The position numbers were made by a program, and so were the translations under genes. From a virus: DNA of 64,000 bases. The stretch is taken from positions 7,272-71,271 of the IMG/VR virus record IMGVR_UViG_3300007513_002297; one strand, written 5' to 3'. The notes under the pieces were generated by a model. That model was not told the DNA's origin, did no database searches, and worked only from the letters and a program-made list of their open reading frames with translations. Shown here piece by piece: positions 41,001 through 50,607 of this stretch; position 1 is the stretch's first letter, and each line of letters starts with the position of its first letter.

Positions 41001-44000
41001 CTCGGGCCGCCGCAATGATCACTGGATTGGCGGCATTGCTGGATGGCAACACACTGGCTTTGGTTATGGATTTGCTACCAGTTCTGCTGATATAGTTAGT
41101 AAAGATCTTTATAACGCTTTGAAGTTTACCGATCCCGAAGAAGCAATATCTTCAACCATGGTACAGGTTTTAACAAATGACGATATCGTATATGGAGTCA
41201 CAGAGCCTCCACCAACCTTTTTTCACTCTATAGAAAAGAGCATGTATAATGCCATTTCTGAAGAAATGTTATTATTCTTTGCTGGCGCTATTGATTTTCA
41301 TAATATTATCGGAGAGCCTGTTAATCGTTATCGCGAGAGATATAAGGTATTAGAAAAGCTAAGACAAACGTTTTTCCGAAGAGTTACTACTGTTTCGACT
41401 GTTGAGAAGTTTATTGATTATTATAAATGGTTTGATGATGCCATGGCTCTTATCGTTGGGCAGTTGTTGCCCGCATCGGCAGAGCTTGTAGAAGATGTCG
41501 CAGAAGTGGTCGAAAGCCACGTTTTAGAGCGCAACAAATACAAGACTCCGTTTCCTACTATAGAGTTTGTAGAGCCAGAGCCGGAGCCGGCTTCTATGCT
41601 TGGTGTCTCTTTCTTGAAGACAAGGTTTGAACTTATAAGTTCTCCCACACCCTCCTCGCCTCGTGCCACCAACATTAGAGAAGAATTTTGGAAAGTCCGC
41701 GCCCTACGCGATTCGCAGGATCTTTCGAGTAGTGTCGCGCGCGTAAATGTAGATAGACAAATTATAGCAAATCAAGCCAACGTCACAAGCGACACTAGTG
41801 CTAGTAATTTTAGGACTCGAGATGGAACCAAATATCAAAGGACGAACTTTTTTCAACGACATCGCTCTCTTCCATATCAAATTACAGCCGACCTAATAGA
41901 CACCAAATTATCATCCGAGGACCCTCTTGAGGATCAATACGTTTCTTACGAATATCAAGGTGGAACAAACTTTTCAGAGCCTCGCCCAAAATTGGATTAT
42001 TTTTATCACGCAACGCGCCCTGCAGGCGCCATTAACCGAACGCATGGCGCCTATGTTCCTGTAAATGTATTGCTAGCACCAATGGCTGAATTGGTGCCGT
42101 GGACTGAGATTGAACTTAATCCCGCTAATAGGATCTCCGGAAGCAAAGAAAAAAGACATTTTAAGCTTTGGTATGGTCCCGATTGGGATGGCGGCTATGG
42201 CCCCAATAATGTAAAAAATAGTATTGGATTTCCTTTTAATATTATGAGTTCAAGCGTGAGCGGAGGCTATAATAAACAGATTGTAGAAAATTTGGGAACA
42301 TCCATGGAGTTGACCAATTTACACCATGACGTATATGGACCCGAAATGGAAAGACCAATGCAGGGACCGTTTACAGAGGCTGTAGTAGGAGGGCACCAGT
42401 CTCGACATGTGGCACTCAATGATGGCACAGATGCTTGGTATAATCGACCTGAAGCTTGGAAGATTCTTTTGGGCACATGCGACACAATTAAAGGTGTCGC
42501 CGGCGCAATTGGGGTTGTCGGCGCCGATTATCCATGGCCAGAATCCAATGGTGAGGGCATAAACCCTTATCCACTGACGGGCGCCCAAAAAGCTGTATAT
42601 TATCGAGGATTTACAGCCAAGAGTCCAGTTAACATCCGCAACATACACCTCACAGGAAGCGCATTAGGAAACTATAGTCAAAATTATGAAGTTGTATGCA
42701 CGTTTGGAGGGTATGTCAATCCACGCCAATTCGTGGAAAATCCTCCCACTCTTCCCACAGAGCTTACCCAAACGCCTTCTGGTACACAGGCGCGCTCTTT
42801 CTTGGGGATTCGTAGGACCGATAACTCTCATTTTGATTTTGTGCCCGACTATTCTGTCGGATATTTGACAGCTTCTACTGGTAAGTCGGTTATACTCAAC
42901 CATTTTGCTGCACCAGGCAGCATAGAGACCATGGGCGTTGGATATAAAGATGTGCGAGCCTCTGAGTTTTCTGCCTACATTCCTTGCACTTATAGAAATT
43001 GGTCTGTCCGGCGCCCCTTCCAAAATATGTCCTCTAGTGTGGTTTCGGAAGCAACAGGATCCGGGACGCCTGGAATTAGAGTTTCAGATGTCAATGGTTT
43101 AGATCTCGGGTGGGATTACAATACGATGGCGCACTCTGCGCAATTTGGACGAAGCAGCATTATATATCCGCCAGACGCCCAGAGAACTGCCTATGATTTA
43201 GCTATTAATTTTATGGGTTACAGCGAGACTGAGATTTACCGTTCGTCGCAGTATTTGCAGGGTTGGTGGAGATTCAGAACGCTCGAGCCAGGAGGCGCTG
43301 GCTGGGGAGTTGATAGTAGCGACAAAGGACGCACAGGAACATTTCCTACGGCTGCGGACAAGCCCACATATTCCGGGTCTCTCGGACCTTCGAAATACGT
43401 TCAAACATCTAGTGCTGGATGGGACGGCGGCGCCGAACGCATGAACATTGGAACAGCAGCCACTTGGGATGCACTCATAGGCGATGCTGCCGGCAGTACC
43501 AAGCAGATGACATTCGCGGCTTGGGTCTATAAAACTGGCGACGGCGGCGGCACCTATGGTCGCATAATTGATTTTGGCTCCGGCGATGTGCGATTCTATA
43601 CGAATAATGTGGAGTCTATCTATTTTGACGTTACTGCTTGGACTGGAGCAAATGCTCAATGGCATGTAGGTCAAGCCTTTTCATTAAACACTTGGACCCA
43701 TATTGCAGTAACGTACGATGCCGGCAGTACCGCCAACGAACCTGTCATATATGTCAACGGTGTGGCTCAGACAGTTACAGAGGACACGGCTCCACTCGGC
43801 ACTTATGGCGGCATTGACACCGATGCATGTTTTGTTGCGAATAATTTCGATGCAAATCGAGGATTCGAAGGTCAGTTGTGCGATATGGGGGTTTGGAATT
43901 CGATCTTAACAGCAGAGGATGTGAAGGCTATCTATAACCAGAGCAAACTACCGAGTAAAGTAGGACCCGGAGCCATCAATGTTCAGCGCCCCAGCATGTA

Positions 44001-47000
44001 CAAGGTTAATCGTAATCCACGCATGCGCCTGAAGCCGATAGGTTATACACACACAGATGGAGTGGAGACGATCACCTATATGACGGCGTCTTCTTATGAT
44101 AATTTCTATGTTCAACATCAAATTCCGAGAGCAGACAGACAATATGCATGGGTAACAGCCAGTATAGTGGATGCTGGAGACTTTAGATACCATGGCATGG
44201 CACAAGTTGGTGGACCGCTTGCCGGCTACTACTCTAGTTCGGCCGAAGGATACACTGCTTATTTCAACTTTATGAGCGCTAGCAGTGTTTTAGGAAAGAT
44301 CGGCGGTGGCGCCGACATGCCTATTTACCAACCGGCAAACCGTTTGAATATTTACGTCATAGATCCAGTTAACCTTTCTACTAATACCCTCGGACTTCTC
44401 CCTGCTCAATCAGTCACTAGTTCTTATAACACGTTATTGTTGGACGAGTACAACAGCACGCCTTATGCTTTAAATTTGAGCGCCGATTATCTTAACTTGT
44501 TGTTAACCCAGAGGCGAAGTACTTTTGAGGATCGACACATTCCATTTATGTCTCCTGTTAAGAATCACATACTTCAAAAACACGCACAGCAGTCTCAAAT
44601 AACTCTTGATGATGGGCGAGATAATTTACAAATTTATCCGTTTAAAGTTGCATCTATGAGAGGAAGACCGGTGTACATTAACATGAGTGCGAACGATCTT
44701 GATGCCACCTATTGCTTTACATGGAACAATGAACTGCTTTATTGCAGTGATCAGACTCTAAATCAAAAATTAGATGTGAGAGGGGATAAAACAACTATTT
44801 TTGATAAAACAATTGAAGTGGCAGATGCATCAAATGTTTTTGATATTAATTGGATCTTATATTCCGAAATGATGTTCCCCTCGCGAGTAAAGGAATTCAC
44901 ATCAGCATCCGCCGAACGCCCTAATTATGATAATAAGTTTTGGAGAACGAGCGCTACAGATAGGCTTTCGCTTGGGTCGTTTCCAGACCGAACCCCCCAG
45001 CCTCGGTGGTATAATTTGAACGGTCCAGATTGGAACTCAACGCCGTCTTATTCTTATTCTTATATTGGACAATCTTCACTTCAAGGCTGGTGGCGACTGA
45101 ACCAGAGTGTAGCCGACGGCGGCGATTTTGTAGATAGTTCTACCCACAGTAGAAACGGCACCAGTTCCGCCGGCGGAACACCAGCGCAATCTACAACTCT
45201 TTATCCATCAAAATATATTCAAACTGCTAGCTGTACTTTTGATGCTAGCGATGATGCAATCAATATTGGCACTGCAGCCTTATGGGACGACATTATTGGC
45301 AATGATACCGCCGCCGGCTCTACAGAATTAATGACATTTTCAGCATGGATTTATAAAACTGGCGACGGCGGCAGCAGTCTCGGTCGTATATTCGATTTTG
45401 GTCTTGGCGACCTTGCGATATATACTACTGCTACGGAAAAGATTTATTTCAATGTGAAATGGACGGATACGGGGGGAGCAGGCACCAACGGCATCGCGTA
45501 TTGGACCACACCTGATAATCCTTTTACTCTTGAGACTTGGACCCACATAGCTATTACTTACGATGCTACCAGCACATCTAATAATCCTATAATTTATGTT
45601 AACGGAGAGGTGGTGGCACTAACAGAAGATGAAGCCCCTGTCGGAGATTATTACGGATTTGTTTCTCAAGATTGTTTTATAGGAAATCGTGCCGGCGTCG
45701 ACCGAGCTTTCGAAGGTCAAATAGCAGATGTTGCCATATGGAACTCGGTGTTATCTTCCGTGGAGATTAAAGCTCTCTATAACGCAAAAACAGGCGTTTA
45801 CCCCAGAGGTACTAATTCATTTGGTATACCCGTCTCACAAAGCTCATGGCCACTAGATGCGCCTATTGACTTTTTAACGCGAACTGCGGTGCCCTATATA
45901 ACACCGATAGACTATTCTTTGGTTTATTCAAATAGTGCCGGCGAATTACAAAATACATATGTACAAATAGTAAGTGGAAATACTCCCCGTGGATTTGCGG
46001 CCGCTCCTGCCCTTGCTGTTGGCGGTTTATTGGCTCGAAAACATACCATAGCCACTGCGCGTAGTGTGGTTTCGCCCTCTTCTGGCAAACAGATTTCAGC
46101 AACCGGGACCATGGATTATAAAGCGCCTGGTCCTTCGGGCGCCTATAACCAAAGGTTGGCACATCAACTATATGCCGGCGAATCTGAATGGCAAGCCGGC
46201 ACTCAAGCAGGAATTATCGTTAAAAGCGGTAATGGACCGGATGCTGTTTCGATCTTTGAATCCCATTCTTCGGCTCCATTCTATTATAATTCTTATGCTG
46301 ATTTTATAGATGAAATAAGAACAGTGGCAAAAGATTATGCCATTGTGCCAGAATTTAGAATTAGCGAACACGTTGATGAGTATCTTAAATACGGAATTTC
46401 AGCCAATAATAAATTTGATTGGGCTGAAATTCCGGGAGCTTATACTGATAGTGGACACCCCGTCGATAGTTCTCAGCCCGGATTCTATAAAGATTACTCA
46501 AATTCAGAGTTTGCACATCACTTCTTGACATTAAAGAATAAAACTCTCACAGAACCAGTAGAAATTATGTTGGAAGTGAATGCTGCAATTCGGTATAATC
46601 CTTATAAAGGATTTTATCCACAACAACGCACATTGGATTTAATAACTCAGTTTTCAAAATCATTTGGCACAAGCCTTATGTCGACTAACCTGGCGGGCAC
46701 CCCTGTCCAACAGCGAAACGGCTGTCTTCGACCCTTAGCACAAGCATTGTTTGCGCCTGGAGTGTTGTATAACACTATTAAATCTGGGCTGGCTGTAGAC
46801 TATCCTGTTGTGATAGATGAAACTAAGGTTAGTCGCCACAATGCTTATGGATATACAACAGCATCCAACGGCAGCGCTAACGTCGGAAGTACAGGATTAG
46901 CTAGTACTGATATTTGGATGATTACTTCCACCGGCTCTTTAATTCCTCCGCTGCCTAATGCGGTTGCTGTAGAAGGGTACGACGGGGGACAATTTTGGGA

Positions 47001-49197
47001 TTATAGAGTTTCGTTTGATGACCTTCTGAATCCGTCTAATTTGCGTGATCTGGCTTTTTTCGACGTCGAACCTCACCCTTCTTGTTCTTTATCCGGCATT
47101 ACAGCATCTATCATGGCAGAGCCCGCCGATGAATCTTATGCCCTCATGGCATCAAATTTTGCTGCAGCTATTCCTGAATTCTTTTTAAAGGAAACAGAGT
47201 TCACCAAACTTGAGTCTGAGCCAGTCTCGGATGGGTTGCGATTTGAGACTGGTTCTGTATACGGCGCCCGTCTAAAATTGCGTTGTTCCAAGGAGGGCAC
47301 GCGCACATATGGATTCGAATCTGGCTCTTCTGGCAATTCGGTTGCATATGGACGGCTTGGAGCGAGAGTTTTTGACACAGATAGAAGTATCTTTTTAGAT
47401 TCAGTATACCCTCTTCCGCAAGATCCTAGGCAAAATCCAGCATTCCAATCAACGTTCACCATGGAAAGTCGCCCTTCATCGTTCGGACCACCTGTCTCTG
47501 GTCGTCCAACTGCGAGTGTTATCGAAATGACCGCATCTAATACTCGCCCAGCAGACAGCATGAACGGCTTTAATTGGTCTTATACTCCTCCCTATTATGA
47601 TGGAGAAGCTTGGGTTGATTTTATATTTACTCCTACAACTTCGACCACCACAAAAGCGCCCGTGACTTATGACCTGGAGAAGATATTATCTGAAATTGAG
47701 TATAAATATTGGCGCTGCGATCCGGGAATTTCCGCTTCGACTGTTCTTTCTTCTTCCACCAACATGGTAGGCACCGTGTTACTCCCCACTTTTAGTGGAA
47801 ACTGTGGACCTATTTCATGGCGCGCCGCTCATCAAGCATATCCTACAGCCCCTATTGGTAGTTCTGAAACTCCTTTGATTTACGATGGGGCAAACATTAA
47901 TGACAACGCCATGCAACTTAGTGCTAGTCTTAATATATTTGGGATTGAAAAGGTGCTTAGTTCTACCAAAGATAAGTTTGGAAATCAAATTTCTACACAA
48001 AATCAAACTGCTGGTTCAAAATGGGTTATTCAGCCCAAGATGGAAACCCCAATGCTTAACTTTAGTCATACAGGCTCTATGCCGGTATCGGCATCGACAC
48101 CTCTTTATGGGTCTGCCTCTGTTTCTACAGGCATGTGGCGCCAATTTGGCATAATTGATCCCGACCCCAATAAAGGTATCTTTATGGAAATTGGACCGAT
48201 TCCTCCGCAATGGCTTAAAAATCATTACGAAGTTATAACATATCCCACAATGTACAATGGCAGGCAGCCGGCAATTAAAGGCCAAAACGCTTATAGAAAC
48301 ATTAAACCTTTAACAAATGTAATTAAATTTAAACCACGAAAAAGAAAAGCACGCCTAGGCGAATTAGCAGAAACTAAAACTATTAAAGAAGCAATAGTTA
48401 TAGTACCTTACAAGATAGATTCGTCCGCACAAGCGCCGGCAATAGGTGGTCAAAACTCACAAAGTAATGCCCAAGCTTCAAAGCGATTTTTTGGCATAAG
48501 CCGCGATAGAATTAGGGCTACCTCTACTGAAGAGATAGGAAGTGCCACAGGAGATTCTTTAGATGCTGCCGGCATGTCTATTAGAGAATTGGTTAAGAAA
48601 ATGGAGTGTTATGTGTTGCCACCTTGGGCTGATTTTCTTAGTAACAAATCTATCGATCCTTTTGTGATGTACATGTTGGAGTTTGAATATGAGTTCGATA
48701 AAGATGATTTAAGCTACATATATCAAGGACTTGCGCCCCGCAATTCAAAAAACATGACACTTACTTCACGATCTACAGCCCATGAACTCAACCCCACAGA
48801 GCTAATGAGTGCCGAAGATGTTCTCGATCCACATCTTAGGTGGATGGTATTCAAAGTTAAGCAGAGATCTATGGTAGAATATGAAGATATTATGGTGCCA
48901 CAAGTTGGAGAATCTAGTACTGCACGCGATGTATTTGACTTTACCACAACCGATGAAGGTTATAAAATTGGCTATAATTGGCCATATGATTATATATCTT
49001 TCGTTGAATCGATCAAATTCGATGTTAAGGTGCTTTATAAAGAAACTGACGAACAAAAAGCAAAGAAACGGCGCGATAAAACAGAAGAAACTTCTGACGC
49101 ACCCGCCGGCGATCTTTTTGCACTTGATATTGAGTCGGAAGGTGCCGAAGAAGGGCGACCAACCCTTGGCGGCAGAGTCGTGGGACCAAGGAAATAA
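38011..49197 (+). CDS. Giant tail/baseplate protein (3728 aa) with several LamG/ConA-like domains
   Basis: TVEFWFK/WKHYAF/DEFRFW module plus two TFxAWxYK...WTHIAxTYD...IYVNG...DxxxWN modules. Confidence 0.85.
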   Translation: MSIKKLFDSTNKSRNYLSDTDQKDAFESVESARNARAIKTTQDTFIPQVNYEKPVNFAKYGSAYLYYKSAIERIHDYYPYDGSDAEINEFYNGCLPIEQYLFDSKYPRTTGYITMSAGGWGSRTNVLAASGGYGSSSASEYITFYGGPNTITHTKLQDVFPNPYDDKYQYSNIYDTDIYTTEGLPTTYGSGSRESNLKSDFDKGVTVEFWFKTGSTNPVATYANKTQKEVIFDLWNNELSSSADYGRITIGINSYTASSPFYVTVQSGTAASYNVSGCFEQAIGTGSWTGSFTDDTYCLSSWKHYAFSMFNSGSDFLIKLHVDGELKDTYTSSSMTLGALNSKNMMGRIGGLLTAPSGTIGSTGSGSTAATVNALYAGAGKLEGALDEFRFWKVRRNSNEIARYWKSQVRGGTNTDISNTTLGVYYKFNEGITTDTTTDSIVLDYSGRVSNGAWTGYVASSRNTGSALVSSSARTEEYLDPIVYSTHPSVTSLKTDLLNKGEKYDFTNNSAFVNMMPSWVLEDDEGLTSDLRKMSHIVATYLDKLRLQIEAVPSFKGSIYTTASSAPLPFAQHLPQSLGLYTPDLFIDATVMEKFLNRDQDTFFEGDLTETKNLIYLNLYNNLASIYKAKGTEKAIKNVFRCFNMDDKLLRLKTYANNQVYDLQDNLKQYIYEDTAINHNLAANIQGVVYQRKEAGDANSLGYISGTYGRTVEGGSAAVREGNYGFTAEASIVFPTFDMRSENALVNREFLTSSLFGMHTIITSSNTSKLGTDTRFPSGSQDYANFQVLAIRDEKNSKNVRFQLSASNDPFAGQFTELTSSTFFNVYDNEEWHFSVRMKPTNYTLTNMVDGSGVYSYILEFRGVNAVLDTIQNSFVVTASIGKDAGQNFLQSAKRLYAGARRTNITGATLNPSDVLFGSMKYYAKYIEDGTLDQHLYNERNVGVSASYQNLSALDSSLTDADVLNSNTLALNWTFDNITSSNAAGNFGYVQDVSSGSSGRRNDHWIGGIAGWQHTGFGYGFATSSADIVSKDLYNALKFTDPEEAISSTMVQVLTNDDIVYGVTEPPPTFFHSIEKSMYNAISEEMLLFFAGAIDFHNIIGEPVNRYRERYKVLEKLRQTFFRRVTTVSTVEKFIDYYKWFDDAMALIVGQLLPASAELVEDVAEVVESHVLERNKYKTPFPTIEFVEPEPEPASMLGVSFLKTRFELISSPTPSSPRATNIREEFWKVRALRDSQDLSSSVARVNVDRQIIANQANVTSDTSASNFRTRDGTKYQRTNFFQRHRSLPYQITADLIDTKLSSEDPLEDQYVSYEYQGGTNFSEPRPKLDYFYHATRPAGAINRTHGAYVPVNVLLAPMAELVPWTEIELNPANRISGSKEKRHFKLWYGPDWDGGYGPNNVKNSIGFPFNIMSSSVSGGYNKQIVENLGTSMELTNLHHDVYGPEMERPMQGPFTEAVVGGHQSRHVALNDGTDAWYNRPEAWKILLGTCDTIKGVAGAIGVVGADYPWPESNGEGINPYPLTGAQKAVYYRGFTAKSPVNIRNIHLTGSALGNYSQNYEVVCTFGGYVNPRQFVENPPTLPTELTQTPSGTQARSFLGIRRTDNSHFDFVPDYSVGYLTASTGKSVILNHFAAPGSIETMGVGYKDVRASEFSAYIPCTYRNWSVRRPFQNMSSSVVSEATGSGTPGIRVSDVNGLDLGWDYNTMAHSAQFGRSSIIYPPDAQRTAYDLAINFMGYSETEIYRSSQYLQGWWRFRTLEPGGAGWGVDSSDKGRTGTFPTAADKPTYSGSLGPSKYVQTSSAGWDGGAERMNIGTAATWDALIGDAAGSTKQMTFAAWVYKTGDGGGTYGRIIDFGSGDVRFYTNNVESIYFDVTAWTGANAQWHVGQAFSLNTWTHIAVTYDAGSTANEPVIYVNGVAQTVTEDTAPLGTYGGIDTDACFVANNFDANRGFEGQLCDMGVWNSILTAEDVKAIYNQSKLPSKVGPGAINVQRPSMYKVNRNPRMRLKPIGYTHTDGVETITYMTASSYDNFYVQHQIPRADRQYAWVTASIVDAGDFRYHGMAQVGGPLAGYYSSSAEGYTAYFNFMSASSVLGKIGGGADMPIYQPANRLNIYVIDPVNLSTNTLGLLPAQSVTSSYNTLLLDEYNSTPYALNLSADYLNLLLTQRRSTFEDRHIPFMSPVKNHILQKHAQQSQITLDDGRDNLQIYPFKVASMRGRPVYINMSANDLDATYCFTWNNELLYCSDQTLNQKLDVRGDKTTIFDKTIEVADASNVFDINWILYSEMMFPSRVKEFTSASAERPNYDNKFWRTSATDRLSLGSFPDRTPQPRWYNLNGPDWNSTPSYSYSYIGQSSLQGWWRLNQSVADGGDFVDSSTHSRNGTSSAGGTPAQSTTLYPSKYIQTASCTFDASDDAINIGTAALWDDIIGNDTAAGSTELMTFSAWIYKTGDGGSSLGRIFDFGLGDLAIYTTATEKIYFNVKWTDTGGAGTNGIAYWTTPDNPFTLETWTHIAITYDATSTSNNPIIYVNGEVVALTEDEAPVGDYYGFVSQDCFIGNRAGVDRAFEGQIADVAIWNSVLSSVEIKALYNAKTGVYPRGTNSFGIPVSQSSWPLDAPIDFLTRTAVPYITPIDYSLVYSNSAGELQNTYVQIVSGNTPRGFAAAPALAVGGLLARKHTIATARSVVSPSSGKQISATGTMDYKAPGPSGAYNQRLAHQLYAGESEWQAGTQAGIIVKSGNGPDAVSIFESHSSAPFYYNSYADFIDEIRTVAKDYAIVPEFRISEHVDEYLKYGISANNKFDWAEIPGAYTDSGHPVDSSQPGFYKDYSNSEFAHHFLTLKNKTLTEPVEIMLEVNAAIRYNPYKGFYPQQRTLDLITQFSKSFGTSLMSTNLAGTPVQQRNGCLRPLAQALFAPGVLYNTIKSGLAVDYPVVIDETKVSRHNAYGYTTASNGSANVGSTGLASTDIWMITSTGSLIPPLPNAVAVEGYDGGQFWDYRVSFDDLLNPSNLRDLAFFDVEPHPSCSLSGITASIMAEPADESYALMASNFAAAIPEFFLKETEFTKLESEPVSDGLRFETGSVYGARLKLRCSKEGTRTYGFESGSSGNSVAYGRLGARVFDTDRSIFLDSVYPLPQDPRQNPAFQSTFTMESRPSSFGPPVSGRPTASVIEMTASNTRPADSMNGFNWSYTPPYYDGEAWVDFIFTPTTSTTTKAPVTYDLEKILSEIEYKYWRCDPGISASTVLSSSTNMVGTVLLPTFSGNCGPISWRAAHQAYPTAPIGSSETPLIYDGANINDNAMQLSASLNIFGIEKVLSSTKDKFGNQISTQNQTAGSKWVIQPKMETPMLNFSHTGSMPVSASTPLYGSASVSTGMWRQFGIIDPDPNKGIFMEIGPIPPQWLKNHYEVITYPTMYNGRQPAIKGQNAYRNIKPLTNVIKFKPRKRKARLGELAETKTIKEAIVIVPYKIDSSAQAPAIGGQNSQSNAQASKRFFGISRDRIRATSTEEIGSATGDSLDAAGMSIRELVKKMECYVLPPWADFLSNKSIDPFVMYMLEFEYEFDKDDLSYIYQGLAPRNSKNMTLTSRSTAHELNPTELMSAEDVLDPHLRWMVFKVKQRSMVEYEDIMVPQVGESSTARDVFDFTTTDEGYKIGYNWPYDYISFVESIKFDVKVLYKETDEQKAKKRRDKTEETSDAPAGDLFALDIESEGAEEGRPTLGGRVVGPRK
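43246..45786 (+). repeat. Two dispersed copies of a LamG module (~43246-43940 and ~45070-45786)
   Basis: Shared LQGWWR, PSKY-x-QT, NIGTAA-x-WD, YKTGDGG, GRI-x-DFG-x-GD, FEGQ; DNA TATAAAACTGGCGACGGCGGC in both. Confidence 0.85.
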
Positions 49198-49200
49198 ACC

Positions 49201-50607
49201 ATGGCAAAATTTATTAACAAAAAAGAACAAGTATATGACCTTAAGTTAACCTCTTATGGTCATCACTTGCTGTCTATTGGAGAATTCAGTCCATCTTATT
49301 ATGCCTTCTATGATGATAATGTGATTTATGATATAAGGTATGCGTATGAGGGACTCGAGGCGCATGCCACATATACACAGGTGGATGTAAATCCGCCGGC
49401 CATGGACGGCAAGACATTAGTATTGGAAGACGCGTCTGGTGTTACCCACACTGCCACATTTTCAAATGCTGTAGGCACCACAACATCGACAACGATTTAT
49501 TTTCAGGAGTGGGACTTTGATCTTGCAAGAATAGCCAGAGAAGTAAGAAAATCAATCAATTTGGCAAACACAGAAGGATTAATAGGAATCTCTGCTAGCG
49601 ACTATCTGGGCGCCGCCCAACATATCCTTTTGGCAATGGATACACCCGGGACAACTGGCAATGGAAAAACAATAGGAGGAACACTCTTCAGCGCCGCCGC
49701 TGGAAACGCTACGGTCACTCCTTTCTTGGGAGGGCAATATCCCGAAAACCAAAACAACGTAGACAATCGAATCAAAAATGAAACTGCTTATTTGGAAAGT
49801 TTAGTGTTGTTCGAAGATATTGATGATGCTGTAGCGGGTAATTCAGGAGAATCTATAGATCCTTTAAGTGCAGAACTTACATGGGTGCAGCGCCTTCCTC
49901 GTAAAGATATTTTTAAAATGAATGCGGCTATTGGTGATGCTTATTTAGATGGCAAAACTAATGCAGCCCCAGCATGGAAGATAGTGGCACTTCAAAGCAG
50001 AATTAGCTCTTCTGCGCGAAAAGATGTTCGCAACGAAATAGAGGTTCCACAGCTTAATGTTGTTGCAAATTATCGTACTAAGATTGTAGAATCAGAATTT
50101 GAGTTTAATCCATCTACAGTGCGTGAAATAAACGATCAGACACTTACTTTTATAGATGATAAAAGAATTGTATTGGAAGCTGATGATCCGGTGTTTTATA
50201 TTGAAGAGATTAATACAGAACTTTTAATGGAGAATTTTGAAATAGAAGTGTTTGGATATGTGACTTCTGGTTCTAATGTGTCGGGGCCGGCTACTGGCTC
50301 CCAACAAGATACCTTGGAGCGGAAGTATTTTCGAAAAGATATACCTCAAATTGTAGATGGATTTTTGGTATCCAATGTTAAAGAAACCATGGCAGTCGAA
50401 GAGATAACTACTGGAAGCGTGGAATACTATTTTGATGTTTTAACTGATCAAAACATTGAACAAGAATTGGCATGCCGAGGAGCCGAATCTTTTAATAAGG
50501 GATCTTATTACATTGATTTAGACTTTGATTGCGATAAACAAAAAGATGAAGATATATTTTATGATATTTATGGATCAGTAACGGAGCCCGAGATATGTCA
50601 GGATTAG
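49201..50607 (+). CDS. Virion structural protein
   Basis: N-terminal LT-x-x-G...G-x-F...A-x-x-DD-x-x-x-Y shared with the 58606 protein. Confidence 0.65.
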   Translation: MAKFINKKEQVYDLKLTSYGHHLLSIGEFSPSYYAFYDDNVIYDIRYAYEGLEAHATYTQVDVNPPAMDGKTLVLEDASGVTHTATFSNAVGTTTSTTIYFQEWDFDLARIAREVRKSINLANTEGLIGISASDYLGAAQHILLAMDTPGTTGNGKTIGGTLFSAAAGNATVTPFLGGQYPENQNNVDNRIKNETAYLESLVLFEDIDDAVAGNSGESIDPLSAELTWVQRLPRKDIFKMNAAIGDAYLDGKTNAAPAWKIVALQSRISSSARKDVRNEIEVPQLNVVANYRTKIVESEFEFNPSTVREINDQTLTFIDDKRIVLEADDPVFYIEEINTELLMENFEIEVFGYVTSGSNVSGPATGSQQDTLERKYFRKDIPQIVDGFLVSNVKETMAVEEITTGSVEYYFDVLTDQNIEQELACRGAESFNKGSYYIDLDFDCDKQKDEDIFYDIYGSVTEPEICQD

